Below are positions 19,620 to 30,732 of a DNA stretch of 64,000 bases, piece after piece. Position numbers and translations under genes: made by a program. The stretch lies in NCBI GenBank assembly GCA_964568395.1, contig CAZMPN010000005.1:29897-93896 (forward strand), written 5' to 3'. The notes below the pieces were generated by a model that was given only the letters and a program-made list of their open reading frames with translations, was not told the origin of the DNA and made no database searches. Origin of the DNA: an uncultured Helicobacter sp. (GTDB lineage Bacteria > Campylobacterota > Campylobacteria > Campylobacterales > UBA6016). How positions within the stretch are numbered: the stretch's first letter is position 1; every line of letters starts with the position of its first letter.

Positions 19620-20713
19620 ATCTCTTCGCCAAACCTCTCCTCATACAGCCTGGCACTGCCCTCTTGCCATACCAAAACGCTATCGGCGGCCTCTATTATC
19701 GCCTCTTTCAAAGACGAGACTAGGGAGTCATATATGATATCGCCATTTAAGTATTTGTTATTGAACTCCATCAGGTGCATCTTCAAAGGAGAAACTATCT
19801 CTTTGCCGTAATAGTTTTGAGGTTCTAAAATAGGATGCTCCAAAAGCCTTCCGTTGATACCACCCTCTATAAGCTCTGGAGTGGCGTAAACATTGACGCC
19901 TATTACGCCCATGCCGTAAGATATAGCTTCCAAAAAAGCCATACCGAAAGACTCGTATAGACTAGGCAATACGAAAACGTCCATATGCGGATATAGCTCT
20001 TCCAAAAGCTTAGAGCGCGGCATCGGCTCATAAAACATTATTCTTTCGTCTTTAGCGTATCTATCGATAATTTCAGGCGGAGTTGTTGAAACGAAGTGGA
20101 GTCTTATATTTCTGTTTTTTACCGAACTAAATGCCTCTAGCAGCTCCAATCCGCCTTTATTTCTAAAGCTAAGACCCACAAAAATAAAATTGAGCTTCCC
20201 CTCATTGTTTCTTTGTTTTTTTGGTCTTCTTTTGACGAATGGATATAAAACACTGCTCTTATCCTCAAAACGTCCGCCAAACTCTTCCAAAAAATTTCTT
20301 CTGGCGGCGTCAGATATAAAGTTTAGGCTGTCTGCTTTTTCCAAAAATAGCGATGCCACCCCTTTATACAGACGAAATGCATCGTAGTTGTAGTAAGAGA
20401 GGCAGTATGGGTTATCCATCTCTATCGTATATGCTGTAGCCGGATTTAGCGGTAGATACCCCCATACGTAAGAATGCTCGGCATTTCGATGCTCTGGCGG
20501 CAAAAAACCCACGTTTAAAAGAGGGGTATTGGATAGAATTTTATTTTTGAGCCGCCCCTTATAGCTAGAGTATGAAGAGTAATTTTTTGCCGAAGAGTTG
20601 AAGCGTGATATATCCGGATAGATCGAGTCTACTATTTTGTCGGCGTTTACAGCTGTATCTATCTGACGCTCTCTGGCACCGTTTTTGACATGGAAAAAAA
20701 CTTTTTTATCCAT
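19589..20713 (-). CDS. glycosyltransferase, GT4 family
   Basis: 374 aa. E-x7-E region LPSLYESFGMAFLEAISYGMGVIGVN. Confidence 0.7.
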   Translation of the reverse strand: MDKKVFFHVKNGARERQIDTAVNADKIVDSIYPDISRFNSSAKNYSSYSSYKGRLKNKILSNTPLLNVGFLPPEHRNAEHSYVWGYLPLNPATAYTIEMDNPYCLSYYNYDAFRLYKGVASLFLEKADSLNFISDAARRNFLEEFGGRFEDKSSVLYPFVKRRPKKQRNNEGKLNFIFVGLSFRNKGGLELLEAFSSVKNRNIRLHFVSTTPPEIIDRYAKDERIMFYEPMPRSKLLEELYPHMDVFVLPSLYESFGMAFLEAISYGMGVIGVNVYATPELIEGGINGRLLEHPILEPQNYYGKEIVSPLKMHLMEFNNKYLNGDIIYDSLVSSLKEAIIEAADSVLVWQEGSARLYEERFGEEIWLKNLRNSI

Positions 20714-21509
20714 TCTTGCCGTCCGTTTTTTGCATTTTTGACGCTACAAAATAATAGCAAACCCTCGCCAGTTTGCCTATAAGCACGCTAGGCGAGTTCA
20801 TGAGATACTCTTTGTAGAAGATCGAAATATCTTTTTTGAATACCAGATAGAGTCTATTTAGATTGTGTTTTTTGTAGCTCAACCTATCCGTTCCAGTATC
20901 GTTGTATATCCTGACTACGTCGCTGCAAAAAAATGCTTTTTGTTCTTTAATGATAGAACCCCAAACAATACCTTCTCCGCCGGATATATCCTCGTAAAAA
21001 GGAGTTTTTATAAACACCTCTCTTTTGACTACCGGAAGGTACTCGCCTTTCGTCTTTGAGCCTTTAATATACTCTTTGAAATTAACGAAACCTTCAAAAG
21101 ACGGGTTCGAAGACATCGGCACGCCTTGCTCGTTTAAGCAAGAGAAAAAAATAAGACCGCCTTTGTCCGCTTGGATATCTATATATTTTTTGATACGCAA
21201 AAAAGCGTCGCTCGTGAAAGTATCGTCGGAATCTTGAAAAACTATCCACTCGCCTTTAGCCGCGCGTGCGCCGCAGTTTTTTGCGGCATTGGCGCCAAGA
21301 TTTGAGCCGGTATCCATATAGATGATTTTTTGAGAGTCGATATACGGCCTTAAAATCTCTTTCGTCCCATCCGTAGAACCGTCGTCGACGACTATTATCT
21401 CGCCGTCCTCCAAAAACTGCAACGAGCTTTCTATGGAATTTTTGATACAGTATCCGCGGTTATATGTAGGAATTACGACGCTAAATTTCAAAGCCACTTC
21501 TCCCGCCAC
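20706..21509 (-). CDS. glycosyltransferase, GT2 family
   Basis: 267 aa. FSVVIPTYNRGYCI and QDSDD motifs. Confidence 0.8.
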   Translation of the reverse strand: MAGEVALKFSVVIPTYNRGYCIKNSIESSLQFLEDGEIIVVDDGSTDGTKEILRPYIDSQKIIYMDTGSNLGANAAKNCGARAAKGEWIVFQDSDDTFTSDAFLRIKKYIDIQADKGGLIFFSCLNEQGVPMSSNPSFEGFVNFKEYIKGSKTKGEYLPVVKREVFIKTPFYEDISGGEGIVWGSIIKEQKAFFCSDVVRIYNDTGTDRLSYKKHNLNRLYLVFKKDISIFYKEYLMNSPSVLIGKLARVCYYFVASKMQKTDGKNG

Positions 21510-23407
21510 ATCTCGAAACTAAGAAGCAGCCAAAATTTACCGGCATTTACAGGTTTACCCGCATAGTAATCTTGCAGCATCCGTCTTACGTAGAGCGCGT
21601 CAAAAAGCCCGCTCTCCTCAAGCCTCTCTTTTGACAGATAGTACTCATATAGATCTTTTAGCTCATTTTTAAACCATGAGTGAATAGGCACCCCAAATCC
21701 CTGTTTTGGCCTATCGACAAGTCCCCTAGGAACATGTCTGTATAGTATCTGGCGAAGCGGGTATTTGTTTTGTCCATTTTTCATCTTCAAAGAAGAGGGC
21801 ATGGCTAGCGCGAATTCTATAATTTTCGGATCCAAAAACGGCTCACGCCCCTCCAAGCTTACCCCCATGGTCGCCCTATCCACTTTAACCAAAATATCGT
21901 CACTCATATACGTCTGCATATCCTGCATCATCATAGCATTTAAGACATCTCCGCCTTCCTCAAAATAAAGCTGCGGCTGTCTATCCATCCACGGCAACAA
22001 ATCATTAAGTTCGCTTGCAAACCAATAGCTTTTGGATATATCGAAAACATCCATCACGCTTTTCGCAGACATAGTATTTGCAAGCTTGACGTATTTGTCT
22101 TTGAAGTTCGTAACCCGACTATTTTTTGGCAATAAAGAGTGGATAAACGAAGCTGCCGATTCGGTATTTTTTGACAATAAAAGAGGCGCAATAGCGCCGC
22201 GGATAGATAACGGCACTCTTTGGAGCATATTAGACAGCTTAATACTAGGCGCATAGTTGCTATAGCCACCGAATAACTCGTCCGCACCGTCCGCCGATAG
22301 GCAAACACCGACATGCCCTCTGGCAAGCTTTGAGACTAGATACGTCGGAATGGCGGAACTATCGCCGAAAGGCTCATCATATAGAGTCGGCAAGGCCGAG
22401 ATGATATCGTAAGCGTCTCTCGGCTCGCAATAAAGTTCGGTGTGCTCCGTTTTAAGATATGAGGCCACCTCTTTCGCATAAGGCGCCTCATTGTATTTTT
22501 GCTCATGAAAGCCTATCGTGAACGTCTTTAGTGGTTTTGGCGAAACTCTTTGAAGCAGCGCCGCAACAAGTGAGCTGTCAACGCCTCCACTCAAAAATAC
22601 GCCAAGCGGGATATCTGATACGAGCCTAAGAGCAAAGCTATCGGAAAGTATCGATTCCAGCTCATCCAGAATAGACTCTTCGCTTCTTGCGTCCCAAATA
22701 CTCCTGTTTTCCAAGCCGTCTTCGTAAAATTGTCTAGCGTCCCAGTATCTGCGCACATCTAACGTGGCACCATCAAATACGGCGTAGCATCCGGCATCAA
22801 GCTTATGGACGTTCTCGTATATCGACAGCGGCGAAGGAATATAACCGTATTTGAAAAAGTACGGTAACGCATTTTTATTCAGCTCTTTTTTGAATCCATG
22901 CAAGGCGCATATGGCTTTGAGCTCGCTAGCAAACATGAGAGTGTTATTTTGAAGAGTATAATAGAGGGGCTTTACGCCGACCCTATCCCTGCATAACGCA
23001 AGCTTTTGCGTCCTATCGTCCCAGATTGCAAAAGCCCACATTCCGCGAAACCTCTGCAGACAATTCACGCCCCATTTATGGTAGGCCTTTAGAACGACTT
23101 CCGTATCGGAATGCGAATCAAAAGTGTAGCCTAGGCCGATAAGCTCTTTTTTTATATCAGCGAAGTTGTATACCTCACCGTTAAACACTATCGCGAAACC
23201 GTCAAATCTCATAGGCTGGTGGGCGGCTTGCGTCAAATCTATAATGGAAAGCCTGGTGTGCCCAAGCCCCACGCTACCGATACCGCACTTGCTAAAAAAT
23301 ACGCCTATATCATCAGGTCCTCTATGGCGAAGCGTAGCTGTCATCTGCCGCAGTGACGTTTCGTTAAATCCTAAACAAGCACCGGCAAATCCGGCAATTC
23401 CACACAT
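21488..23407 (-). CDS. asparagine synthetase B-like glutamine-dependent amidotransferase, paralog 2
   Basis: 639 aa. MCGIAGF (Cys2), HTRLSIIDL, and PP-loop FLSGGVDSSLVAA. Confidence 0.85.
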   Translation of the reverse strand: MCGIAGFAGACLGFNETSLRQMTATLRHRGPDDIGVFFSKCGIGSVGLGHTRLSIIDLTQAAHQPMRFDGFAIVFNGEVYNFADIKKELIGLGYTFDSHSDTEVVLKAYHKWGVNCLQRFRGMWAFAIWDDRTQKLALCRDRVGVKPLYYTLQNNTLMFASELKAICALHGFKKELNKNALPYFFKYGYIPSPLSIYENVHKLDAGCYAVFDGATLDVRRYWDARQFYEDGLENRSIWDARSEESILDELESILSDSFALRLVSDIPLGVFLSGGVDSSLVAALLQRVSPKPLKTFTIGFHEQKYNEAPYAKEVASYLKTEHTELYCEPRDAYDIISALPTLYDEPFGDSSAIPTYLVSKLARGHVGVCLSADGADELFGGYSNYAPSIKLSNMLQRVPLSIRGAIAPLLLSKNTESAASFIHSLLPKNSRVTNFKDKYVKLANTMSAKSVMDVFDISKSYWFASELNDLLPWMDRQPQLYFEEGGDVLNAMMMQDMQTYMSDDILVKVDRATMGVSLEGREPFLDPKIIEFALAMPSSLKMKNGQNKYPLRQILYRHVPRGLVDRPKQGFGVPIHSWFKNELKDLYEYYLSKERLEESGLFDALYVRRMLQDYYAGKPVNAGKFWLLLSFEMWREKWL

Positions 23408-23413
23408 ATTTTG

Positions 23414-24811
23414 CTAGTCTACTTCTCGTTTAAAATCATCCTCTATTCGGACTATATCATCTTCGCCAACATATTCGCCTACTTGCACCTCTATCATCAC
23501 AAGGTCTATAATGCCTGGATTCTCCAGCCTATGCACCTCTCCAGCTTTTATATAAGTAGATTCATTTGCTTGTATTGTAATTTCTTTGTCGCCGTTTTGG
23601 ACTTTTGCCGTTCCACTCACAACGACCCAATGCTCATTTCTATGGAAGTGCTTTTGAAGACTAAGTCTTTTGCCTGGAGTAACAACTATACTTTTTATTT
23701 TATAACCAATCCCCTCTTCCAAAACCGTATATGTTCCCCACGGTCTATGAACAGTCAGGTGTATATTATGAAGTTCACTATCTTGCCCTTTTAGCTTTGC
23801 GACTACGTTTTTTACCTGTTGACCGCATCCCTGCCGCGCTACAAGAAGCGCATCTGGCGTATCCACTATCATAATACCCTCGAGTCCAATGGTGGCTATC
23901 TGGCGATCGCTTTCTATTATAAGGTTGTTTTTGGAATCTATATTTATAGCGGACGAATATGTATTGCCATCGTCATCCTTGCCAAGTTCCGCATAAAGAG
24001 ACTCGAAGCTGCCGACATCACTCCACCCCATGTCGCAAGGCACTACTTTAACAAGAGAGCTTTTTTCCATAACCGCATAGTCTATGCTATCCTCCGGAAT
24101 GGCCTTCATATCTTCAAGGCGTATTTTTGATTTATCGTCATCACGCACAGCATTTTGATATGCCGTGCGGCTGGCTTCATAGATATCAGGGGAATATTTT
24201 TTTAGCTCATCCAGAAAGACGCCCGCTTTGAAACAGAACATCCCGCTATTCCAATAAAAATTGCCTTTTTTGATGTACTCTTCAGCAGTTACGGCATCAG
24301 GCTTTTCCTTGAAACTAAGCACGTCACTGCCGTTTGACTCTATATACCCGTATCCCGTTTCCGCATAGGTCGGTCTTATCCCAAATGTCACGATATACCC
24401 ATCTTTTGCAAAGGCAGCCGCCTTGGAGACAGCCTCTTTGTACGCGGCTTCATTCTTTATTAGGTGGTCAGATGAACTAACAAGCAGTATCTCATCAGCG
24501 GCTACCCCAAAAGCTGCTATGGCAATGGCTGGGGCAGTATTGCGCCCAATCGGCTCCAGCAGGAAAGATAAAGAATGGGCATCTATCTCTTCTGCCTGAT
24601 CTAAAGCCAAAAAGAGCTGTTCCGAGTTTGAAACAATTAAAGTTTTGTCACACAAACCTTTATTTCTAAGTATTGTTTTTTGAAAAAGCGAACTGCCGTC
24701 AAAAAGCTTTACAAACTGCTTTGGCATCAGCGTTCTTGAAATCGGCCAAAGCCTAGTGCCGCTACCGCCTGAAAGTATTACATTTGTCAAACTAGACTCC
24801 CAAGATACCAC
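23414..24811 (-). CDS. manC: bifunctional mannose-1-phosphate guanylyltransferase / mannose-6-phosphate isomerase
   Basis: 465 aa. [12 protein letters not shown] nucleotidyltransferase motif and C-terminal cupin [13 protein letters not shown]...[24 protein letters not shown]. Confidence 0.9.
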   Translation of the reverse strand: MVSWESSLTNVILSGGSGTRLWPISRTLMPKQFVKLFDGSSLFQKTILRNKGLCDKTLIVSNSEQLFLALDQAEEIDAHSLSFLLEPIGRNTAPAIAIAAFGVAADEILLVSSSDHLIKNEAAYKEAVSKAAAFAKDGYIVTFGIRPTYAETGYGYIESNGSDVLSFKEKPDAVTAEEYIKKGNFYWNSGMFCFKAGVFLDELKKYSPDIYEASRTAYQNAVRDDDKSKIRLEDMKAIPEDSIDYAVMEKSSLVKVVPCDMGWSDVGSFESLYAELGKDDDGNTYSSAINIDSKNNLIIESDRQIATIGLEGIMIVDTPDALLVARQGCGQQVKNVVAKLKGQDSELHNIHLTVHRPWGTYTVLEEGIGYKIKSIVVTPGKRLSLQKHFHRNEHWVVVSGTAKVQNGDKEITIQANESTYIKAGEVHRLENPGIIDLVMIEVQVGEYVGEDDIVRIEDDFKREVD

Positions 24812-25758
24812 CCATAAGCACCGCGAATCCCATCCGCAAGCCCTATCTTATGTCTCCAGCCAAGAGTATGCAGCCTGCTTACGTCAGATAGCTTTCTCAT
24901 TGTTCCATCCGGTTTATCAGTATTAAATTCAAGCTCGCCATTGAAGCCGACTATATCTTTTATCAGGTAAGCCAGTTCGCCTATACTTATCTCCTCACCA
25001 CTGCCTATATTTATATGCGTATTACGTATCTCTTTTTTATCTTTTGAAACGTCCGCAAAATCAATATTCTCCATTACAAACACGCAAGCGTCCGCCATAT
25101 CCGATGAATGCAAAAACTCTCGCCTAGGCTTTCCGCTGCCCCAAATTTCTACACTTTTAGCCTCATTTATCTTTGCCTCATGCATTTTTCTAATTAGCGC
25201 AGGAAGAACATGTGAGTTTTGAAGGTCAAAGTTATCGTTTGGACCATATAGATTTGTCGGCATAACGGAGATAAAGTTCGTACCATATTGCAGATTATAA
25301 CTTTCGCACATTTTTATGCCGGCTATTTTGGCTATTGCATAAGGCTCATTCGTATACTCAAGAGGCGAAGTTAGCAAGCTCTCCTCGCTTATCGGCTGAG
25401 GAGCCTCCTTTGGATAGATACATGTGCTTCCCAGAAATAATAGTTTTTTAACGCCGTTTAGGTAGCTTTGGTGAATAACGTTATTTTGGATTTGTAAATT
25501 TTCATAGATAAACTCTGCCCGAAAAGTATTGTTGGCAACAATGCCTCCAACTTTTGCGGCAGCCAAAAAAACATACTCCGGCTTCTCTGTCTTAAAAAAT
25601 TCTGCCACCGCTGCTTGATCCAACAGATCAAGCTCGCTATGGGTTTTTCCGACAATATTTGTATAGCCTTTTGATTTTAGGTTTTCTACTATTGCACTTC
25701 CAACAAGACCACGATGCCCAGCAACATAAATCTTTGAGTCTTTTTTCATACTACTCAA
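24787..25758 (-). CDS. fcl: GDP-L-fucose synthase (GDP-4-keto-6-deoxymannose 3,5-epimerase/4-reductase)
   Basis: 323 aa. [15 protein letters not shown] Rossmann and YAIAK catalytic motif. Sits immediately downstream of gmd. Confidence 0.85.
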   Translation of the reverse strand: MSSMKKDSKIYVAGHRGLVGSAIVENLKSKGYTNIVGKTHSELDLLDQAAVAEFFKTEKPEYVFLAAAKVGGIVANNTFRAEFIYENLQIQNNVIHQSYLNGVKKLLFLGSTCIYPKEAPQPISEESLLTSPLEYTNEPYAIAKIAGIKMCESYNLQYGTNFISVMPTNLYGPNDNFDLQNSHVLPALIRKMHEAKINEAKSVEIWGSGKPRREFLHSSDMADACVFVMENIDFADVSKDKKEIRNTHINIGSGEEISIGELAYLIKDIVGFNGELEFNTDKPDGTMRKLSDVSRLHTLGWRHKIGLADGIRGAYGWYLGSLV

Positions 25759-26866
25759 AATACCTTAGTGTCTTATACCCTGCTTCTTGCAAAAATTTAT
25801 CTTTTTGCATAAGTTTTATATCACTTGCCATCATATCTTTAACAAGCGCTGGAAGATCGTATTTAGGACTCCAGCCTAGTTTTGTTTTTGATTTAGTAGG
25901 ATCCCCAAGAAGCAAGTCAACTTCAGTAGGACGGAAATATTTAGGATCCACAGAGACTATTTCTTTGCCAATTTCTACTTGAAATTCAGGGTTTGTGCAA
26001 GACGCAACATAACCCTTCTCGTCAATGCCTTCACCTTTAAATTCTATCGTTATGCCTACTTCCGCAAAAGCCATCCTTACAAACTCACGAACCTCAGTCG
26101 TAATTCCGGTTGCAATTACAAAATCCTCTGGATTTTCTTGCTGAAGTATCAGATACATTGCCTCCACATAGTCCTTCGCATGTCCCCAGTCTCTTTTTGC
26201 CGATAGATTCCCAAGATATAGCTTATCTTGAAGTCCAAGAGCTATTTTTGCGGCAGCCCTTGTGATTTTGCGTGTTACAAAAGTTTCACCCCTGATAGGA
26301 GATTCGTGATTAAAGAGTATTCCATTGCAAGCAAACATACCGTATGCTTCACGGTAATTTACGGTAATCCAATACGCATACATCTTGGCTACAGCATATG
26401 GGCTTCTCGGATAAAATGGTGTAGTCTCGTTTTGCGGCACAGCCTGAACAAGACCGTACAACTCGGATGTGCTCGCCTGATAGATTTTTGTTTTTTGTGT
26501 AAGCCCAAGAAGTCTAACTGCCTCCAAAATACGAAGAGTTCCTATGCCGTCAGCGTTAGCCGTGTACTCTGGCGTCTCAAAAGATACATGCACATGACTC
26601 ATGGCTGCAAGATTATATATTTCATCAGGCTGCACTTCCTGAATAATTCTTATAAGATTCGTGCTATCCGTCAAATCCCCATGATGAAGCTTGAATTTTA
26701 CATTGCTCTCATGCGGATCTTGATATAGATGGTCTATTCTATCGGTATTAAAAAGAGAGCTCCTTCTCTTTATGCCGTGTACCTCATACCCTTTTTTCAG
26801 CAAAAATTCAGCCAAATAGGCGCCGTCCTGCCCCGTAATTCCTGTTATTAAAGCTACTTTTGTCAT
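25751..26866 (-). CDS. gmd: GDP-mannose 4,6-dehydratase
   Basis: 371 aa. [56 protein letters not shown] and YAVAK, all classic Gmd motifs. Confidence 0.95.
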   Translation of the reverse strand: MTKVALITGITGQDGAYLAEFLLKKGYEVHGIKRRSSLFNTDRIDHLYQDPHESNVKFKLHHGDLTDSTNLIRIIQEVQPDEIYNLAAMSHVHVSFETPEYTANADGIGTLRILEAVRLLGLTQKTKIYQASTSELYGLVQAVPQNETTPFYPRSPYAVAKMYAYWITVNYREAYGMFACNGILFNHESPIRGETFVTRKITRAAAKIALGLQDKLYLGNLSAKRDWGHAKDYVEAMYLILQQENPEDFVIATGITTEVREFVRMAFAEVGITIEFKGEGIDEKGYVASCTNPEFQVEIGKEIVSVDPKYFRPTEVDLLLGDPTKSKTKLGWSPKYDLPALVKDMMASDIKLMQKDKFLQEAGYKTLRYFE

Positions 26867-27957
26867 TAAAAATCCAAATCTTTTAAAATTTCAACTATTC
26901 TAATCCCTGTTTTGCCATCCCATAAATATGGAACTGAGGAAGTTTTATATTTACCGTATTCTATGTCTTTACAACTTTCGATAATCTTATCTATGTTTAT
27001 TAATAAATTAGAACCTATCTTTACCGTAACCGGCCTTTCCGTATTGTCTCTAAGCGTCAAGCACGGTTTTTTGAGATACGTAGTCTCTTCCTGAACACCC
27101 CCGCTATCCGTTATGACATACTTACAGTGAAACACGAGGTTCATAAAATCCATATATCCCAGAGGCTCGCAAAGCACTATATTTTCATCCGCCAAAAGCT
27201 CGGAATATCCGAAATTTTCTATATTTTTTCTAGTTCTAGGATGGATAGGAAAAACTATTTTTCTGTGTTTTGCAACCTCTTTTATAGCCAAAAGCAACTC
27301 TTTTAATTTATTTGCGTCGTCCACGTTTGAAGGCCTATGAAGCGTCATAACTATATATTCGCCGTCGTCTAGATTCATTTTTTGATAGCTACTGGCGGCT
27401 TCTATTTTACCCCTCATCATCTCGAGAGAATCGATCATAATATTTCCGACAAGAGCGATTTTGCTCTTGTCTATGCCGGAATTTAGCAGGTTTTGATCTG
27501 CATCGGCGGACGGCGTCCAAAAATAATCCACTATAGCGTCCGTCACCATACGGTTTATCTCTTCAGGCATCGTCATATCAAAGCTTCTAAGCCCTGCTTC
27601 CAGATGTGCCACCGGCAAAAGGAGTTTTTTTGCGGTTATGGCGCATGCCATCGTAGCGTTCACGTCGCCGACGACGATCACTAGATCCGGTCTCTCTTTT
27701 AGGCAAAGCGCCTCATACTCTATCATTACTTTACCAACCTGCTCCGCATGGCTACCACCGCCTATACCTAAATGAAAATGCGGAGTCGGGAGCTGCAAAT
27801 CGTCAAAAAATGCATCCGACATATTTTTATCGTAATGTTGACCCGTATGCACTATAAAAGGCTCAAACTCTTGATGTTTTTTTAATTCGTGATAAAGCGG
27901 CGCTATCTTCATAAAATTCGGTCTTGCCGCCGCTATCAGATGTATTTTTTTAGCCAT
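26866..27957 (-). CDS. wecB: UDP-N-acetylglucosamine 2-epimerase, non-hydrolysing (WecB/FnlC family)
   Basis: 363 aa. [46 protein letters not shown] and DSGGVQEE motifs. Confidence 0.8.
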   Translation of the reverse strand: MAKKIHLIAAARPNFMKIAPLYHELKKHQEFEPFIVHTGQHYDKNMSDAFFDDLQLPTPHFHLGIGGGSHAEQVGKVMIEYEALCLKERPDLVIVVGDVNATMACAITAKKLLLPVAHLEAGLRSFDMTMPEEINRMVTDAIVDYFWTPSADADQNLLNSGIDKSKIALVGNIMIDSLEMMRGKIEAASSYQKMNLDDGEYIVMTLHRPSNVDDANKLKELLLAIKEVAKHRKIVFPIHPRTRKNIENFGYSELLADENIVLCEPLGYMDFMNLVFHCKYVITDSGGVQEETTYLKKPCLTLRDNTERPVTVKIGSNLLINIDKIIESCKDIEYGKYKTSSVPYLWDGKTGIRIVEILKDLDF

Positions 27958-29161
27958 TGGCTACCTCTCTTATTATCTCCAACATATCTGCCGCCAGTTT
28001 TTTGCGGTCATAATCGGCAGCGAGCCGCAAGCCGCCTTCCTGCATTTTTTTATATGCCGCTTCGTCGCTCAAAACTGCCAGCTTTTGTATAAAATCGCTC
28101 TCGTTTTCAGGCTCAAAATATACTCCGGCGCCATAGGCATCTACAATCTCTCTGGCCTGTCCGTCCACACCAAGAAATATAGGTTTTTGCATTGCGGCGT
28201 TTTCAAAAATCTTTGACGGAATTACCGTTTTGAACGTATCACTTTTTTTGAGCGGTACAAGAGCAGCGTCCGTTACAGAGATATACGAAGGAATTTCGGA
28301 TTTTAGCACAGGCTCTAAAAAAGTAGCGTTTTTCACGCCTAGCTCTTCGGCTATTTTTAGCGCCTCTTTTTTCATGGCGCCATCTCCGATAAAGAGAAAA
28401 TGGTATCGATCGTCTTTTATTTTTGAAATCGTTCGAACGACAAAATCAAGGCTGTGTGCCATCCCGTGAGTGCCTATGTATCCGATAACGAATTTGCCCT
28501 CGATTCCCAGTTTTTTAGCCAAAGCATCATCTTTGTGGACGGGAGCGAATAGCTCCATATTTGCGCCGTTGGTTACAATCTCTATTTTATCCGCGTCAAT
28601 CCCTCTTTTGATAAGGTTTGTTTTGAAGGCCGCGGTTACGGCCACTACTTTTGCCGAGTTTTTATATAGCCAAAGTTCTATTTTTTCCAAAAAGTCCAGA
28701 ATTTTCTCTTTTTTTATGGCGCCTACCGTTCGTATGGACTCCGGCCATAGGTCTCTGAGCTCGAATATCCAAGGCTTTCTCTTAAAAAATGAGAGTGCGC
28801 ATCCGCTCCAAGCCGTAAAAAACTGCGGAGACGTCGCAACGATAACATCGGTTTTGACAAACAGCCCGGCAACAAAGGACGTAAAGGCAAAGCTCAAATA
28901 GTCAAGCACCCTTTTTACAAACCCCTCGTTTGAAGTGATATAGCTCCAAACCCTAATAACCTTAATACCGTCTATATATTCAACGCTATAAAGCGAGTTT
29001 TTATACCCGTCATACACTCTGCCCTGCGGAAAATTCGGTGCACATGTAATTACTGTTACATCTTCGCCTTTTATGGCCCACTCTTTCGCATGTTCATACG
29101 TTCTAGATGCCGGAGCGTTCACCTCCGGGAAAAAGTTGTCCGTCAAAAATAGTATTTTCAT
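27950..29161 (-). CDS. glycosyltransferase, WbuB-like GT4
   Basis: 403 aa. MKILFLTDNFFPEVNAPASRTYEHAKEWAIKGEDVTVITCAPNFPQG is the typical WbuB-family N-terminus. Confidence 0.8.
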   Translation of the reverse strand: MKILFLTDNFFPEVNAPASRTYEHAKEWAIKGEDVTVITCAPNFPQGRVYDGYKNSLYSVEYIDGIKVIRVWSYITSNEGFVKRVLDYLSFAFTSFVAGLFVKTDVIVATSPQFFTAWSGCALSFFKRKPWIFELRDLWPESIRTVGAIKKEKILDFLEKIELWLYKNSAKVVAVTAAFKTNLIKRGIDADKIEIVTNGANMELFAPVHKDDALAKKLGIEGKFVIGYIGTHGMAHSLDFVVRTISKIKDDRYHFLFIGDGAMKKEALKIAEELGVKNATFLEPVLKSEIPSYISVTDAALVPLKKSDTFKTVIPSKIFENAAMQKPIFLGVDGQAREIVDAYGAGVYFEPENESDFIQKLAVLSDEAAYKKMQEGGLRLAADYDRKKLAADMLEIIREVANG

Positions 29162-30732
29162 ACCGAAATTTCCGTATGAAGCGTATTGTAAAATTCCACG
29201 ATTACGACCTTGGCGGAGCTTCTTTTATTAAATCCGGACGCAAAGCTATAATCTTCTATTTTAATACTCTTTGCACCGTTAAAATGTATGTTTATTTTAT
29301 CCACACTTACTTTATCACCACTTCTTTGAGGTTCTAAATCCGGCGCAAAATGCAAAAACGCAACACCATTATCTCCGCCTTTGAGTATATCCGTAATAAC
29401 GAACGAACTGTCCAAAAACAAAAACTCTCTTTCGTGTATTACGCCGATTTCTTTATACCCGTCGTGCGAAGCGGTAATTTTATTTTGTTTTTCTATAAGC
29501 GAGATTATCTTTGCCCTTTTGCCCACCCTAAAACCGCCCCATACTTCGCTCTGTTCAAAACCGCCGACCATCACTGTATTGTGCGAAGCGGTCGAGCGCT
29601 CTGCAGTACGTAGCTCTCCGGGCTCGTACGTACTAGTTCCCGCATCTACGATCAGTCGTTTGCCGCCTACGCAAAGTTCAAAATTGAACGTATCGCTATG
29701 CGCATGGCCAGGAATATAATCAGGTCCGATATTGCCTATATCTACTGCCGCCTCATAATTACCGTTTTCAAACTTGCGGTATCCGCTATCCTTGAGAGGC
29801 ACTACGATCTTTTGAACACCCAGCCTTTCCGCATACCCAGACAGCTCTTCAGATGATGGCGCTATACCTTCGGCGCTATCGTTAAAATGCGGCGTTTCGC
29901 CGTTTTTGAAGCTCATATTCTCAAGCCAGCCAAGCATTAAACCGGCTTTCATCCTAAATAGCCCCAGCAGTTCGCCGTTTTTATAGCCGTTGTTTTTGAT
30001 AAGATTTAGACAGTCAAGCACTCTTTGCAGCATTATTTTGTGATACATAGGGCTAAGCTCGAAGTGTCCACCGTCTTTTAGTATCTGCTCCTCTAGCTCG
30101 GCTTCAAGTATATTTTTCGCTAAAGCGTAAAACTCTTCGTCTTCGAAATAATAAGCCGCAAACAAAAGCGAAAATCCGTTTTCCAAAAGATGGTTGCCTA
30201 GCAGGTGGTATTCAATGCTGCGGCTTAATATCTTGTACTGCGCATACAAAGAAGCGTCCAGTCCGGCATCCGATATGCCATTAACAGAGAAAAACTTTAT
30301 CCAATTGATACCGCGAAGAGAGATAGGATAAGGCTCTATGGCATTTTTGAGCACGGGAAGCTCCCCGCAAAAATCGTTTATGAGCCTAAGCCCCTCGTCT
30401 TTTTGCATCCCATTTTGCAACAGAAAATCAAAGTAGTTTAGATTGTAAGTCCATAGTTTTCCAAATGCCGAGTAATCCCACTCTATGCCGCCGTTAAAGC
30501 TTTTTTGCAAATTCAAAAACAAAAAGCTATTACGCCCAATGTAGCTTTTTGGAGAGCTCATCGGCTCATCCAGTAGAAGTTTTTTGCCGCTTGCCGGTAT
30601 CAGCAAAAGCGATTTTATTCCAAAAACGGCATATAGCTTTTTTCTAGCTAGATAAAAAAGCCTATAAGCTATCTGTTTTGTCCGCAGATATCTAACGGTG
30701 TCCAGTAAAAGCCGAAACTTTTTAAATTTCAA
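29158..30732 (-). CDS. heparinase II/III-like (alginate-lyase fold) protein
   Basis: 524 aa. N-terminus LLDTVRYLRTKQIAYRLFYLARKK and C-terminal GHAHSDTFNFEL...ASHNT resemble heparinase II/III family proteins found in LPS loci. No signal peptide is evident. Confidence 0.65.
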   Translation of the reverse strand: MKFKKFRLLLDTVRYLRTKQIAYRLFYLARKKLYAVFGIKSLLLIPASGKKLLLDEPMSSPKSYIGRNSFLFLNLQKSFNGGIEWDYSAFGKLWTYNLNYFDFLLQNGMQKDEGLRLINDFCGELPVLKNAIEPYPISLRGINWIKFFSVNGISDAGLDASLYAQYKILSRSIEYHLLGNHLLENGFSLLFAAYYFEDEEFYALAKNILEAELEEQILKDGGHFELSPMYHKIMLQRVLDCLNLIKNNGYKNGELLGLFRMKAGLMLGWLENMSFKNGETPHFNDSAEGIAPSSEELSGYAERLGVQKIVVPLKDSGYRKFENGNYEAAVDIGNIGPDYIPGHAHSDTFNFELCVGGKRLIVDAGTSTYEPGELRTAERSTASHNTVMVGGFEQSEVWGGFRVGKRAKIISLIEKQNKITASHDGYKEIGVIHEREFLFLDSSFVITDILKGGDNGVAFLHFAPDLEPQRSGDKVSVDKINIHFNGAKSIKIEDYSFASGFNKRSSAKVVIVEFYNTLHTEISV